Below, piece after piece: positions 17,274 through 26,176 of a stretch of 32,000 nt of DNA; position 1 is the stretch's first letter, and each line of letters opens with the position of its first letter. The notes beneath the pieces are model-generated. The model was not told where the DNA came from, did not search any database, and saw nothing but the letters and a program-made list of their open reading frames with translations. This DNA comes from Flavobacteriaceae bacterium (GTDB lineage Bacteria; Bacteroidota; Bacteroidia; Flavobacteriales; Flavobacteriaceae). The stretch covers positions 3,660,001 through 3,692,000 of the forward strand of contig OZ245049.1 of the NCBI GenBank assembly GCA_965224465.1, written 5' to 3'. The position numbers were made by a program, and so were the translations under genes.

Positions 17274-17953
17274 AAAAATTAGTTTACACATTGTTTGCAA
17301 TCATGCTCTTTAATTCCTGTGGAGGAGGAATTGATCAGGAAGATGATGAAGATGCAATACCTAAAAGTGTTAGTTTAAACAGTCCTTCTCAAAACGAAGT
17401 TTGTGTGGGTAATGGGACAGGAAGTGTTGTCACACAAAATATCCAATGGTCTTCTGCACAATATGCAACCAGCTATAGCTTGAGTATATTTGTGTCCGAT
17501 GGAACCACCAATGTTGCGGGCAGTCCATTTAAAGTTACGGGTACTTCTAAGGAAGTCAATTTAGCGTCTGGGAAAGCCTATTCGTACAAAGTAACTGCTG
17601 TAAATAAGCAAGGAACTAGTAATTCGCCTACATGGGCATTTACCACAAGAGGGATTGCTGTAGTAAATTCAGTGCCGCAAGCGATCACTACAATTGAGGT
17701 AAACAAGGATCGTTTATCTATACGTTTTAGTGATAATGATGGAGATGCTATGACCTACGATGTATATATATCATCAGATAAAACTTTTGAATCTAGTGAT
17801 CAGGTGCTTAGTGGTGTTTCGGTGACGGATGGTGAAACAAAAGTAATGGAGAATCTTGGACTGTCAGAGAAGCCTTTGTGGTTTAAAGTAGTCACTACAG
17901 ATGTGTTTAAAAATAGGTCTGTAAGCTTTGATTCGTACCGATTGATAAATTAA
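17270..17953 (+). CDS. Lipoprotein with FN3/Ig-like repeats, translationally coupled to the T9SS cargo gene
   Basis: ATGA start/stop overlap with the upstream gene. Signal peptide with lipobox (LFNSCGGG). Beta-rich repeats (YSYKVTAVNKQGTSNS) resemble fibronectin type III. Confidence 0.6.
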   Translation: MKKLVYTLFAIMLFNSCGGGIDQEDDEDAIPKSVSLNSPSQNEVCVGNGTGSVVTQNIQWSSAQYATSYSLSIFVSDGTTNVAGSPFKVTGTSKEVNLASGKAYSYKVTAVNKQGTSNSPTWAFTTRGIAVVNSVPQAITTIEVNKDRLSIRFSDNDGDAMTYDVYISSDKTFESSDQVLSGVSVTDGETKVMENLGLSEKPLWFKVVTTDVFKNRSVSFDSYRLIN

Positions 17954-17975
17954 TTTGTTTTTTTATAAGTAAAGT

Positions 17976-18015
17976 AAAAACCTGTATTTCTATGTTGAAA
18001 TACAGGTTTTTTTTT
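17976..18015. terminator. Bidirectional rho-independent terminator
   Basis: A-run, perfect 10-bp stem CCTGTATTTC / GAAATACAGG, 6-nt loop, 9-T run. Sits between convergent genes. Confidence 0.7.
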
Positions 18016-18037
18016 GTCAACTTTTAGGGCTTGGTGT

Positions 18038-18072
18038 AAAAAAACCTCGAAACTATTGTTCGAGGTTTTTTT
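18038..18072. terminator. Second bidirectional terminator hairpin
   Basis: A-run, 9-bp stem AACCTCGAA / TTCGAGGTT, 7-nt loop, T-run. Confidence 0.65.
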
Positions 18073-18107
18073 ATTCCCTAAAGATGTTTTTGGGAACGGA
18101 TACGTAT

Positions 18108-18214
18108 ATCAATTAAATTTCCAAGTGGCGGTTTATAAAACAGATTATTTTTACAAGCTGTTTGTAAAAAATAATTCAATATGATAATGCGACTTTATAT
18201 AAATAAATTGGTAT
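18108..18214 (-). repeat. Inverted-repeat-bounded repeat element, diverged copy immediately 3' of tssC
   Basis: On the + strand it reads TATCAATTAAATTTCCAAGTGGCGGTTTATAAAACAGATTATTTTT...AAATAAATTGGTA. This matches the reverse complement of the 13040-13156 element ends (TACCAAATACATTTCCAAGTGACGGTTTAGAAATAGAATTATTTTT...). It ends 17 nt from the tssC stop codon. Confidence 0.6.
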
Positions 18215-18231
18215 ACTATGAGTCTCCTAAA

Positions 18232-19575
18232 TTATTGTTGCTCATATTCTGCATCCCATTCAGTACCATCATCTCCTTTTTGTCCGTCCATTTTAATCAT
18301 AAAATTCTTAGCAGGAAAATAAGGTTTCATGTGTATGTCTAAGTACACTCTGTCTTTCTGATTTGGATCTTGTTCAAATCTTTTGATGGTAAAATCTTCG
18401 ATTAATTTATCAGGACCTGTTATGTTGTCTAAGAACTTTACAATCTGATTCATTAATTCTTTACGAGTTCTAGCGTTAAAGTTTTCAAAAGCCCTACGGT
18501 TTAAGAAATCCATTAATACTTTTGTTACGTAATCAAATACACGTACAACGGAGTAGGTTTGTAGTCCTAAATTATCTCCATTAAATAATGTTTTTGCAGA
18601 GAAAGCCATTACTTTACCGTATTCGTTAACCATAGGAATTAGTCCGAGTTTTTCAATTTGTGATATTTCTGATTTTTTCAAATCAAATTTAACTCCAGAA
18701 ACTTCGTTTAATCCACCATGCTTTTTACCAGCAGTAACTTGGGACATTAGGGTTCTATAAACTTTACCTGCGAGTGCCGAAGATGGTGGGATAAATAAAT
18801 CTTCTTCCTCTCCAACTTCATCAAATTTTCCTCTTCCGACGAGCCAGTTACACGTCATCATAACATTGGATTTATAGTTGTCTCCACTTGTTAAATTTGC
18901 AGCTTCAAACATTTCCATAACATCATCCGGTTCGTCTAGGTGTTCAAAATCAGTAATTAACATCACCTTATTATTGTAAGCTATTTTAGCCCATTTTTCA
19001 ATAATTGCATTGTTTTCTAGATATCCAGGGATCACTAATATTCCGTAATTATCTCTTAAATCTAAACGGTCATAATTATCTTTTAATTCTTCAGATACAG
19101 CATCTATAAAACGCGTGTTGTCTAAATCTCGCATTTGTTCTGGGTCTGCGTTTAAGATAGTTACGTTTTTTATCTTATCTGCTTCTGTATTTTTATAAAA
19201 CATGGATAAGGAGCGATATGATCTTTCTAGCTCTTTGGTATCCTCAATTGCCATACCTACATTTTTCACTAATGTTTCATGTGCAATTTTAGATTTTTCC
19301 TGAGCTTCTCCGATCATTTTAGCGACGTCACCTTCACCTTCTTCAAGTATTTTTTGCCAAATTTCTAATGTTTTTTTAACTCTTTTTCGTTCAAGTTTTT
19401 TAGAGTTTTCTGTTAAAAATATTTTTTTTCTAGCTTTTCTTTCTGGGTTTAAATTTTGAGATCCATCAATGGTTGCTTCTACTAAATCGAACCCTCCAAA
19501 TCTAGCCAGTTTTTCACTGCTTTCTAGTACCTTTTCAACAATGCTTTTAGTACTTTGTTCTTGTGCTTGAGCCAT
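18232..19575 (-). CDS. tssC: T6SS contractile sheath large subunit TssC
   Basis: 447 aa, directly downstream of tssB. VipB/TssC-like conserved core as I recall it for Bacteroidetes TssC (NYGILVIPGY, MMTCNWLVGRGKF, GLNEVSGVKFDLKKSE, QTYSVVRVFDYV). Confidence 0.9.
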   Translation of the reverse strand: MAQAQEQSTKSIVEKVLESSEKLARFGGFDLVEATIDGSQNLNPERKARKKIFLTENSKKLERKRVKKTLEIWQKILEEGEGDVAKMIGEAQEKSKIAHETLVKNVGMAIEDTKELERSYRSLSMFYKNTEADKIKNVTILNADPEQMRDLDNTRFIDAVSEELKDNYDRLDLRDNYGILVIPGYLENNAIIEKWAKIAYNNKVMLITDFEHLDEPDDVMEMFEAANLTSGDNYKSNVMMTCNWLVGRGKFDEVGEEEDLFIPPSSALAGKVYRTLMSQVTAGKKHGGLNEVSGVKFDLKKSEISQIEKLGLIPMVNEYGKVMAFSAKTLFNGDNLGLQTYSVVRVFDYVTKVLMDFLNRRAFENFNARTRKELMNQIVKFLDNITGPDKLIEDFTIKRFEQDPNQKDRVYLDIHMKPYFPAKNFMIKMDGQKGDDGTEWDAEYEQQ

Positions 19576-19582
19576 ATTTTTT

Positions 19583-20035
19583 TTAGTTTTTAGTATTTAG
19601 TTCTTCTAATAGGCCTGCTATGGTGTCTAGCAATGCTTTTTTTGCCTCGGGATCTGCCAATGCTAAACGAAGAATTTTATTTGTTTTTAATTGTTTTACT
19701 ACTTTTATGTACTGTTCTTTTTCGGTGTCTAAATCTTTTAAGAATTCACTTTGATTTGTAATTCCGTTTTTTCCGAAATCACCTACTGTTTTAAAGCGTA
19801 AAACTTCTTTTGATTGCATTCCGTCATCATCGGTAAATGTCATCTCTATCTTTGGATCAAAATACTCAAATGCTTCATTTATTGATTTTAATCCTCCAAT
19901 CATTTCAGGTTTTACAGGAGGGAATTCTGTTAGTTTTTCAACGATTAAGGTTCTGTTTTGAGGTATTTCTTGAAGTGCTTCCGCAGCATCACTTTTTACT
20001 TCATTTCCACCTATTCCGTATGTGTTATCACTCAT
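19583..20035 (-). CDS. tssB: T6SS contractile sheath small subunit TssB
   Basis: 150 aa, 7 nt upstream of tssC. VipA-like pattern (EVLRFKTVGDFGKNGI...LKDLDTEKEQYIKVVKQLKTNKILRLAL). Confidence 0.85.
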   Translation of the reverse strand: MSDNTYGIGGNEVKSDAAEALQEIPQNRTLIVEKLTEFPPVKPEMIGGLKSINEAFEYFDPKIEMTFTDDDGMQSKEVLRFKTVGDFGKNGITNQSEFLKDLDTEKEQYIKVVKQLKTNKILRLALADPEAKKALLDTIAGLLEELNTKN

Positions 20036-20137
20036 AGTTTTTAATTTTTAATTTTTTATAAATATAAATATATTTTAGGTAAGCGTATAACTTTCTTGGC
20101 GAATCTATTCGTTAAATGTAAGAAAGTTAGGGTTTTT

Positions 20138-22630
20138 CTATTTTTTGTCTTGTTTGTTTGTTTTTAGGGGTTTAGTAGTCCATATTAAATTGTTGTTTTT
20201 GTCAATTTTTAACTTTACGTGATCTCCTTTTTTGAGTTCTCCAGAAATTATTTTTTTTGATAAAGGAGAGCGTAGGTCTATTCGAATAACATTTCTTAGT
20301 GGTCTGGCACCATATTTAGGTGTGAACCCTTTTTTAGCAAGAAATTCAATGGCTTCATCTGTTATTTCAAGTGTTATGTCTTGTTTGAGTAATGCCTGGT
20401 GTAAACTTTTTAATTGAATGTTAAATATTTCAGTGATGTTTTCTTTTGTAATAGGTGAGAAAGGAACAATTTCTGTGAGTCTTCCTAAGAATTCTGGTCT
20501 AAAATGACTTCCCATCATTTCTAAGAGGTCGTTTGATTTAGGAATGATTCCTTTTTCAAAAGATGCTACAATATGATCGCTACCAATATTTGAGGTGAAT
20601 AGGATGACTGCATTTGAAAAATCGCCTTCTTTACCTAGTCTGTCGTGTAATTTACCTTCGTCTAATATTTGTAAGAAAATATCAAATACAGATGGATGTG
20701 CTTTTTCAATTTCATCAAATAATACGATAGAATATGGTTTTTGACGAATTTTATTAACCAATAGTCCTCCTTCTTCGTAACCTACATATCCTGGAGGCGC
20801 TCCATATAACAAGGCGGCAGAATGCTCTTCTTTAAATTCTGACATGTCAAAACGAATGATGGATGTTTCGGTTTGAAACAAAAATTCGGCTAAGGATTTT
20901 GCCAATTCTGTTTTACCTGTACCTGTAGGGCCCGAAAAGAAAAAGGAGCCGATAGGTAAATTAGGTTTGCTCAATCCAGATCGTGATTCTAAAATAGCAT
21001 CGGTAATTACGCGAATGGCATGGTCTTGTCCTACAACTCGTTTACGGAGAATCTTATCCATTGTAAGGAGGCGTTCTTTTTCGTCTGTTTGTAATTTCCC
21101 TATGGGTATTCCTGTTTTATTTGCAATGGTTAGCGCTATATCATTTTTAGTAATCGTATTTTTTTCTTTAGCTGCAATTTTGGAGAGGCTGTTTAAAATC
21201 TTATGAAGCTTTTTAAAACCTCCTTTTGCTTTTTTTACATCTTTGTAATGTTCATCTTCTTTGAGTTCTCCAAACAGCAAATAGCTTAATTTATTTTTTA
21301 TTTGATGAAATAACCAAGATTGCTCTGTCAACGCATCTTCTTCTTTCAATTTTTTAAGCTCTAATTCTGTAACTTCTTTTTTCAAATTCTCTATTTGAGA
21401 GTTTGATGTTTCTGTCATAAATTTAGTTCCCGACATTGTTCTGTCTATTAAATCTATGGCAGAATCGGGTAAACTTCGTTCTTTATTATAGCGTTTTGCC
21501 AATCGGATGGCTTCTTTAATACTATCATCATCAATGCTGAGGTTGTGATAGTTTGTATAATAAAATATGGTGTTTTTTATCATTCGGAAAGCCTCGTATT
21601 CACTGGGCTCCTGGAGTCTTACAATTTCAAATTGTCGGGTAAGTGTTTCGTCTATTTCTATGTGTTTTCTAAAGGAATCGTTGGTAGCTGTTGCTATAAT
21701 TGTTATTTCTCCTTTTACTAATTCGGCTTTTAAAATATTTATGACGCCCTCATTATTGTTGTTTTTATGCGTTAAATTATTCAGTTGATCTATTAAAAGA
21801 ATTGGTTTTTCGTACGTTTTTATGGCGTCGACAACTTTTTTTAAACGGTCTTCAACTTCTCCTTTATAGCCTGCTCCCGATGTTAAATTGATAAAGTTTA
21901 ATTCGAAAACATGCGCATTTTTAAAGTGTTCAGGTACGGCATTTTCTAAAGTAGCGTATGTAAGAGCGTCTAAAAGTGCGGTTTTCCCGACCCCTGGATC
22001 TCCTAGAATCAGTACATTTGGCTTGGAACGTCTTCCTAATATTTCCGTAATTGTTTTAATTTCTACATCTCTACCGTAAATTTTTTCTAATTCGTTTTTG
22101 GTTGCTTTCTCTGTTTTATTGATACAGTACGTTTCCAGTATTTTTACAGCTTCACTTGATTTTATACTAGAGACGTTATTTTTTATAAGTCCTTCAATAG
22201 GGTGTCCTTCATTTTTAGAAATATTTCCTATAATTTCGTTGGGTGTTAAGGGCAATGTTTTTAATTGTTCGTAGCTAAAACCTACACCAGGAGTACTTAT
22301 CGCAACCAAAAAACATATTTCATCTATTTCATCTACAGCTATCTTGTATGCAATACTTTCTGCTTCAATAAAAATTGCATCTACAAAAGCATCTCCTTTT
22401 ATATTTTCGGGAATGGTTGAGGATTTTGGAAGAGATTCTAAACGTACTTCTGCCCATTCCTCCACGTAGTAAGGGTCTTGTCCTATGCTTTCTATATAAG
22501 GCATCATCCCAATATTTTTGTGCAATAGTGCTTTTAACAAATGAGACGAGGAGTATTCTTTATGGGAATGCTCTTTTGCTATTGATTTAGCAATATGAAT
22601 GGCTTCTTCTAGTTTTATTGAAAGTTTCAT
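20138..22630 (-). CDS. clpV: T6SS AAA+ ATPase ClpV (ClpB-like, two AAA modules)
   Basis: Clp N-domain (SSSHLLKALL), Walker A motifs GDPGVGKTA and GPTGTGKTE, Walker B LLIDQL / VLFDEIEKA, ClpB D2-small domain (GARPLRNVI). Adjacent to tssBC. Confidence 0.9.
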   Translation of the reverse strand: MKLSIKLEEAIHIAKSIAKEHSHKEYSSSHLLKALLHKNIGMMPYIESIGQDPYYVEEWAEVRLESLPKSSTIPENIKGDAFVDAIFIEAESIAYKIAVDEIDEICFLVAISTPGVGFSYEQLKTLPLTPNEIIGNISKNEGHPIEGLIKNNVSSIKSSEAVKILETYCINKTEKATKNELEKIYGRDVEIKTITEILGRRSKPNVLILGDPGVGKTALLDALTYATLENAVPEHFKNAHVFELNFINLTSGAGYKGEVEDRLKKVVDAIKTYEKPILLIDQLNNLTHKNNNNEGVINILKAELVKGEITIIATATNDSFRKHIEIDETLTRQFEIVRLQEPSEYEAFRMIKNTIFYYTNYHNLSIDDDSIKEAIRLAKRYNKERSLPDSAIDLIDRTMSGTKFMTETSNSQIENLKKEVTELELKKLKEEDALTEQSWLFHQIKNKLSYLLFGELKEDEHYKDVKKAKGGFKKLHKILNSLSKIAAKEKNTITKNDIALTIANKTGIPIGKLQTDEKERLLTMDKILRKRVVGQDHAIRVITDAILESRSGLSKPNLPIGSFFFSGPTGTGKTELAKSLAEFLFQTETSIIRFDMSEFKEEHSAALLYGAPPGYVGYEEGGLLVNKIRQKPYSIVLFDEIEKAHPSVFDIFLQILDEGKLHDRLGKEGDFSNAVILFTSNIGSDHIVASFEKGIIPKSNDLLEMMGSHFRPEFLGRLTEIVPFSPITKENITEIFNIQLKSLHQALLKQDITLEITDEAIEFLAKKGFTPKYGARPLRNVIRIDLRSPLSKKIISGELKKGDHVKLKIDKNNNLIWTTKPLKTNKQDKK

Positions 22631-22746
22631 GTTCTTTTTTTTATAGGCATTAAAAGTATGAAAAATCGCTAACGTAGGAGCTGTTATTTTTCAATATAAA
22701 ACGGTTATCTTTACGGGATTATCCCCTTTTTTGTACTAATGGAATT

Positions 22747-23505
22747 ATGAGATTACATACATTTATTTTACTTGTCTTTTTGTCTTTTACAAATGGTATA
22801 ATGGCTCAGAAAAAATACGGTAAAATTATTTTTTTAAATAAGAGTCATGTGCTTGGCAAGGTTGTTTTTAAAAACAATTCCAATTTTACAAAAGTGTCTT
22901 TTAAACACACGCGTAAAACGATGTATTTGCGAAAAGAGGTCTATGCTTCTTTTCAGGAAATGCACCATCAGGCTGCGAGGGACGGGGTGCATATTTTTAT
23001 TATTTCTGGTGCTAGAGATTTTGAGCATCAAAAAAATATTTGGAATAGAAAATGGGAGAAGGCTGTGAGTACGTTGGATATAGACAAGGCATATGAACTG
23101 TTAAATTACAGTGCAATGCCTGGGACTTCAAGACATCATTGGGGGACGGATATTGATTTAAACAGTTTAAGTAATACTTACTTTCTAAAAAAAGAAGGTA
23201 AAAAAGTGTTTGATTGGCTGTGCGATAATGCTTCTAAATATGGGTTTTATCAAGTGTATACCTCAAAAAAAACGTCCTATAGAACAGGGTATAACGAAGA
23301 GAAATGGCATTGGTCTTACCTGCCTAGTGCTAAACAATACCTGTCTTATTTTAATACATATATTACAAATAAGGATCTTGTAGGATTTAAGGGTGCTGAG
23401 CTTGCGGAAGCATTAGAGATTGTAAAGCTCTATGTTAACGGTGGATACCAAGAGGTTGGTGCTGTTTTTCAAAATCGTTATGTGCCTTCTAGTTTTAAGT
23501 ATTAA
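22747..23505 (+). CDS. Secreted VanY-like M15 (LAS) zinc peptidase / D-alanyl-D-alanine carboxypeptidase family
   Basis: Signal peptide (LSFTNGIMAQ). Motifs SGARDFEHQ, SRHHWGTDIDLN and EEKWHWSY (H-x6-D ... H zinc triad of LAS enzymes). Divergent from clpV. Confidence 0.75.
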   Translation: MRLHTFILLVFLSFTNGIMAQKKYGKIIFLNKSHVLGKVVFKNNSNFTKVSFKHTRKTMYLRKEVYASFQEMHHQAARDGVHIFIISGARDFEHQKNIWNRKWEKAVSTLDIDKAYELLNYSAMPGTSRHHWGTDIDLNSLSNTYFLKKEGKKVFDWLCDNASKYGFYQVYTSKKTSYRTGYNEEKWHWSYLPSAKQYLSYFNTYITNKDLVGFKGAELAEALEIVKLYVNGGYQEVGAVFQNRYVPSSFKY

Positions 23506-23521
23506 TAATCCCTAAAATTAC

Positions 23522-23570
23522 AAACACAAAGAATTGTACTCAATTAAGGAGCGTACAATTCTTTGTGTTT
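23522..23570. terminator. Long hairpin between convergent genes
   Basis: Perfect 18-bp stem AAACACAAAGAATTGTAC / GTACAATTCTTTGTGTTT with a 13-nt loop. No clean T-run on the + strand. Confidence 0.45.
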
Positions 23571-23863
23571 GGACTAAAAATAATGAATAGCCGTATCTAG
23601 TGTGCTGTTTATCATCAAAAACAATAGAAAAGGAATTGTTTGTGTTGGGGCTTCTTCGCTATTATCAACATCGCATGAATTTCGAATGGATTAAAAACCT
23701 TCTTAAAAATGGATTGATTCTTCCAATCTCCTAACTTTTTAACATATATGCTTCAAAAAAACAATTCCATTCGCATACCTTAGTCTTATTTCTCTTATTT
23801 CTTTCTAGCGCTAATAGTAATGATGGTTTGTTTTTAGAGCGATAAATATTTTTTTACAGCTAT

Positions 23864-24370
23864 TTAACTTTGCGATCTTGCAAGTATTAAGTCTCTTTCT
23901 AGTTGTTGAAATTCTGCTCTGGATTTTTCGAGTGCTTCTTTGTATTCTTCAATCGTATTTTCTGAATGCTGAAGGCGCTTTAATTTTCTTTTCATAGTCT
24001 GCATGTCTAGAAATAATGTGATAACATTACTATACATATCGTACTTATATGTAGAATCTTTTGTAGGGATTGATTCTTGCATATCAGCCAAATCTTTTCC
24101 TATCAGCAGGTTTATGTAATTTGTATTACTTCCTGGCGTTTCTAAAGAATCTAACATTTTTTTTACATTGCTCATTCTGTCGTAAAATGCATCTTGAAAT
24201 TTTAATTCAAAATCAATTTTTTTGACTTTTGTCTTTAGCACAGTATTTTCTTTTAAAGGGACTTTAAAAGTGAAAAATACGGCAGTAACAATGGTTCCTG
24301 AAGTTAATATAAATAGTAATAAAAATTTCAAAAAGCTATTTCTTCTTTCTTTTGTGTTTTTTGGTTGCAT
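23864..24370 (-). CDS. Single-pass membrane protein with coiled-coil C-terminus; candidate T6SS-iii TssO
   Basis: One N-terminal TM helix (FLKFLLLFILTSGTIVTAVFFTF), remainder helical/coiled coil. Last gene of a four-gene minus-strand run in the T6SS core. Assignment rests on topology and context only. Confidence 0.4.
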   Translation of the reverse strand: MQPKNTKERRNSFLKFLLLFILTSGTIVTAVFFTFKVPLKENTVLKTKVKKIDFELKFQDAFYDRMSNVKKMLDSLETPGSNTNYINLLIGKDLADMQESIPTKDSTYKYDMYSNVITLFLDMQTMKRKLKRLQHSENTIEEYKEALEKSRAEFQQLERDLILARSQS

Positions 24371-24388
24371 ATTTAGGGGTTTATTAGA

Positions 24389-25255
24389 TTAAACTCTTTG
24401 ACAAATAATAACATCGTCTTCTTTTAAGTTATTGGATTCTATAGTTTTAGCGTAATTTATGTATTTTATAGATCTAAAAAACGAGGGTTTTCTATAAAAC
24501 ACCCATTTGTCGGTGGCCCCATTTTCATCTAAATAATTGATTTCCTCTTCTGGGTGTCGTTCATTATAATCGTTTAGAAAGAAATAAAACAACCTTCCAA
24601 AGCTTAGGTTTTCGGGTGCTTTGACTCTAAAGTTTGTGACTTCGTTATCTGCGACATCTTTTTTCTTGAACTCAAAACTTATTACGAGTGGGTTTTTTAG
24701 CTCTTTAGCACTTGGATCCTTAATGTTTTCTCCTACTGGATACAGCCATTTTTTGTATATTTTAACAGGTATTAATAAGGAAAACTCATAAAGTTTATAA
24801 AATAGTAATGGCACAATAAAGGTAATTATAGAACTTAAATACATAAACTTGAATAGGACTTTAAAGCTACTTGTTACTTTAAAAAAAGCGATCAGCCCTA
24901 TAAATACATATACGAGTGTAAAGAAAAACTCATTAAAAAATGTTGATTTATCTTCTGATAATTCCTTGAAGTATGTTCGCAATACCCAAACATGAATGCC
25001 TCCTAAAATTAAAAAGAGCGATTGAAATCCGATAAAACTATTTAAAGCAGTATCGTTTAGCACCTTGGACGAGCTTAGCAGTCCTACGAGCGCAAATGAG
25101 ACAAGAATAATCAATGCATAAATAATAGCTTTCTTTTTGTTTTTACTAAATAATTTTCGGACATCTGTTAAAATAAACATGAAAAACGAGCTTAGTAAGA
25201 AAAATAATAAGCTGAATTTCAGAGTGTCCCCCTGTAATAATCCATTTATACCCAT
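24389..25255 (-). CDS. Polytopic membrane protein with soluble C-terminal domain; candidate T6SS-iii TssN
   Basis: About 5-6 hydrophobic helices in the first ~165 aa, then a ~120-aa soluble domain. Tightly packed between the neighbouring genes (6-nt and 18-nt gaps). Assignment rests on topology and context only. Confidence 0.4.
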   Translation of the reverse strand: MGINGLLQGDTLKFSLLFFLLSSFFMFILTDVRKLFSKNKKKAIIYALIILVSFALVGLLSSSKVLNDTALNSFIGFQSLFLILGGIHVWVLRTYFKELSEDKSTFFNEFFFTLVYVFIGLIAFFKVTSSFKVLFKFMYLSSIITFIVPLLFYKLYEFSLLIPVKIYKKWLYPVGENIKDPSAKELKNPLVISFEFKKKDVADNEVTNFRVKAPENLSFGRLFYFFLNDYNERHPEEEINYLDENGATDKWVFYRKPSFFRSIKYINYAKTIESNNLKEDDVIICQRV

Positions 25256-25261
25256 AGCAAT

Positions 25262-26155
25262 TTATATTTTTGTAGAAACACCAATAATAGCTGGCATCTC
25301 TGTATTTAATGAAAAACGTTCCTTTTTGTTACAATAAAAATGAGTTTCCGCTTGAACTTCTAACGGTAGGAAGTACCCGTAGAATAATTCAAGAAATTTC
25401 ATGATTTCTGAGTTCTCGAAATATATTTTTAATTTAGTTTCGATTACTGGACCAATATTAAACTCAATAACTGGTACTCCTATTCTTAATTTTTTTGTTT
25501 CTGAAATAAAATTTATTCCTAAAACTATTTCCTCGTTCTTTTTCTTAATTTCAATGTTTTTGAATGATTTTTTAAGGGTTACTTTTTCGTCTAAAATGCG
25601 TTCTAGGCATAATCTTGTCAACTCTAAATCACCTGCTATCTTATGACTATGAGGTAGTAGTTTTATCAATTTTAAGATGTATTTATTATCGAGATGGTCT
25701 TTTAAATCCCAGAATTTTAAAAAAAAATCATTGTCTAAGTCATAAAAATCATCGAACAATTCTCGTTCTTTTTTTTCTATTGAAACTGTCTGATAAAACA
25801 ATTCGTTTTCGATAGGGCTAAACAATAGTCGTGCGTCTGCTTCTTCTCTTTTTTTTGTTTTTCTCTTAGAGAGGTATGTTTCATTTTTGTTGGTGATATT
25901 TTTATGAAACACATTCTCTGGTAAGGAATCGTAGACTCCATCTCTTGATAATTCTAATAGTAATTTAGTGTCCTTTTTTTTAGATTTTAAAATATCTCTT
26001 CGATACCCTCTTTTAAACGAACTTTTATTTTCTATTAGAAAATCATTTTCCATAGCACTGTTGTTCTGCAGTTCTAGTACCATAGCTTCTGCCTTTATGT
26101 TCTCATAAAAAGAAGCTAATTCTTTTACGATTTTATCTACTAATTTTTCTTCCAA
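25262..26155 (-). CDS. Soluble 297-aa T6SS-cluster protein; candidate baseplate subunit TssG (alternatively TssP)
   Basis: No TM helix or signal peptide. Size is typical of TssG, and no tssG follows tssF on the + strand. I recognise no diagnostic motif. Confidence 0.3.
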   Translation of the reverse strand: MEEKLVDKIVKELASFYENIKAEAMVLELQNNSAMENDFLIENKSSFKRGYRRDILKSKKKDTKLLLELSRDGVYDSLPENVFHKNITNKNETYLSKRKTKKREEADARLLFSPIENELFYQTVSIEKKERELFDDFYDLDNDFFLKFWDLKDHLDNKYILKLIKLLPHSHKIAGDLELTRLCLERILDEKVTLKKSFKNIEIKKKNEEIVLGINFISETKKLRIGVPVIEFNIGPVIETKLKIYFENSEIMKFLELFYGYFLPLEVQAETHFYCNKKERFSLNTEMPAIIGVSTKI

Positions 26156-26176
26156 AAGAGCTAGGTTAAATTTTAG

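Noticed and set aside
20089-20128. 9-bp inverted repeat (AACTTTCTT...AAGAAAGTT) between clpV and tssB as an attenuator
   Set aside because: It has a 22-nt loop and no U-run on the transcribed (minus) strand. In AT-rich DNA a 9-bp match is not persuasive.
22631-22746. Promoter boxes in the clpV / M15 peptidase divergent region
   Set aside because: I found no TAnnTTTG match on either strand by eye and chose not to invent one.
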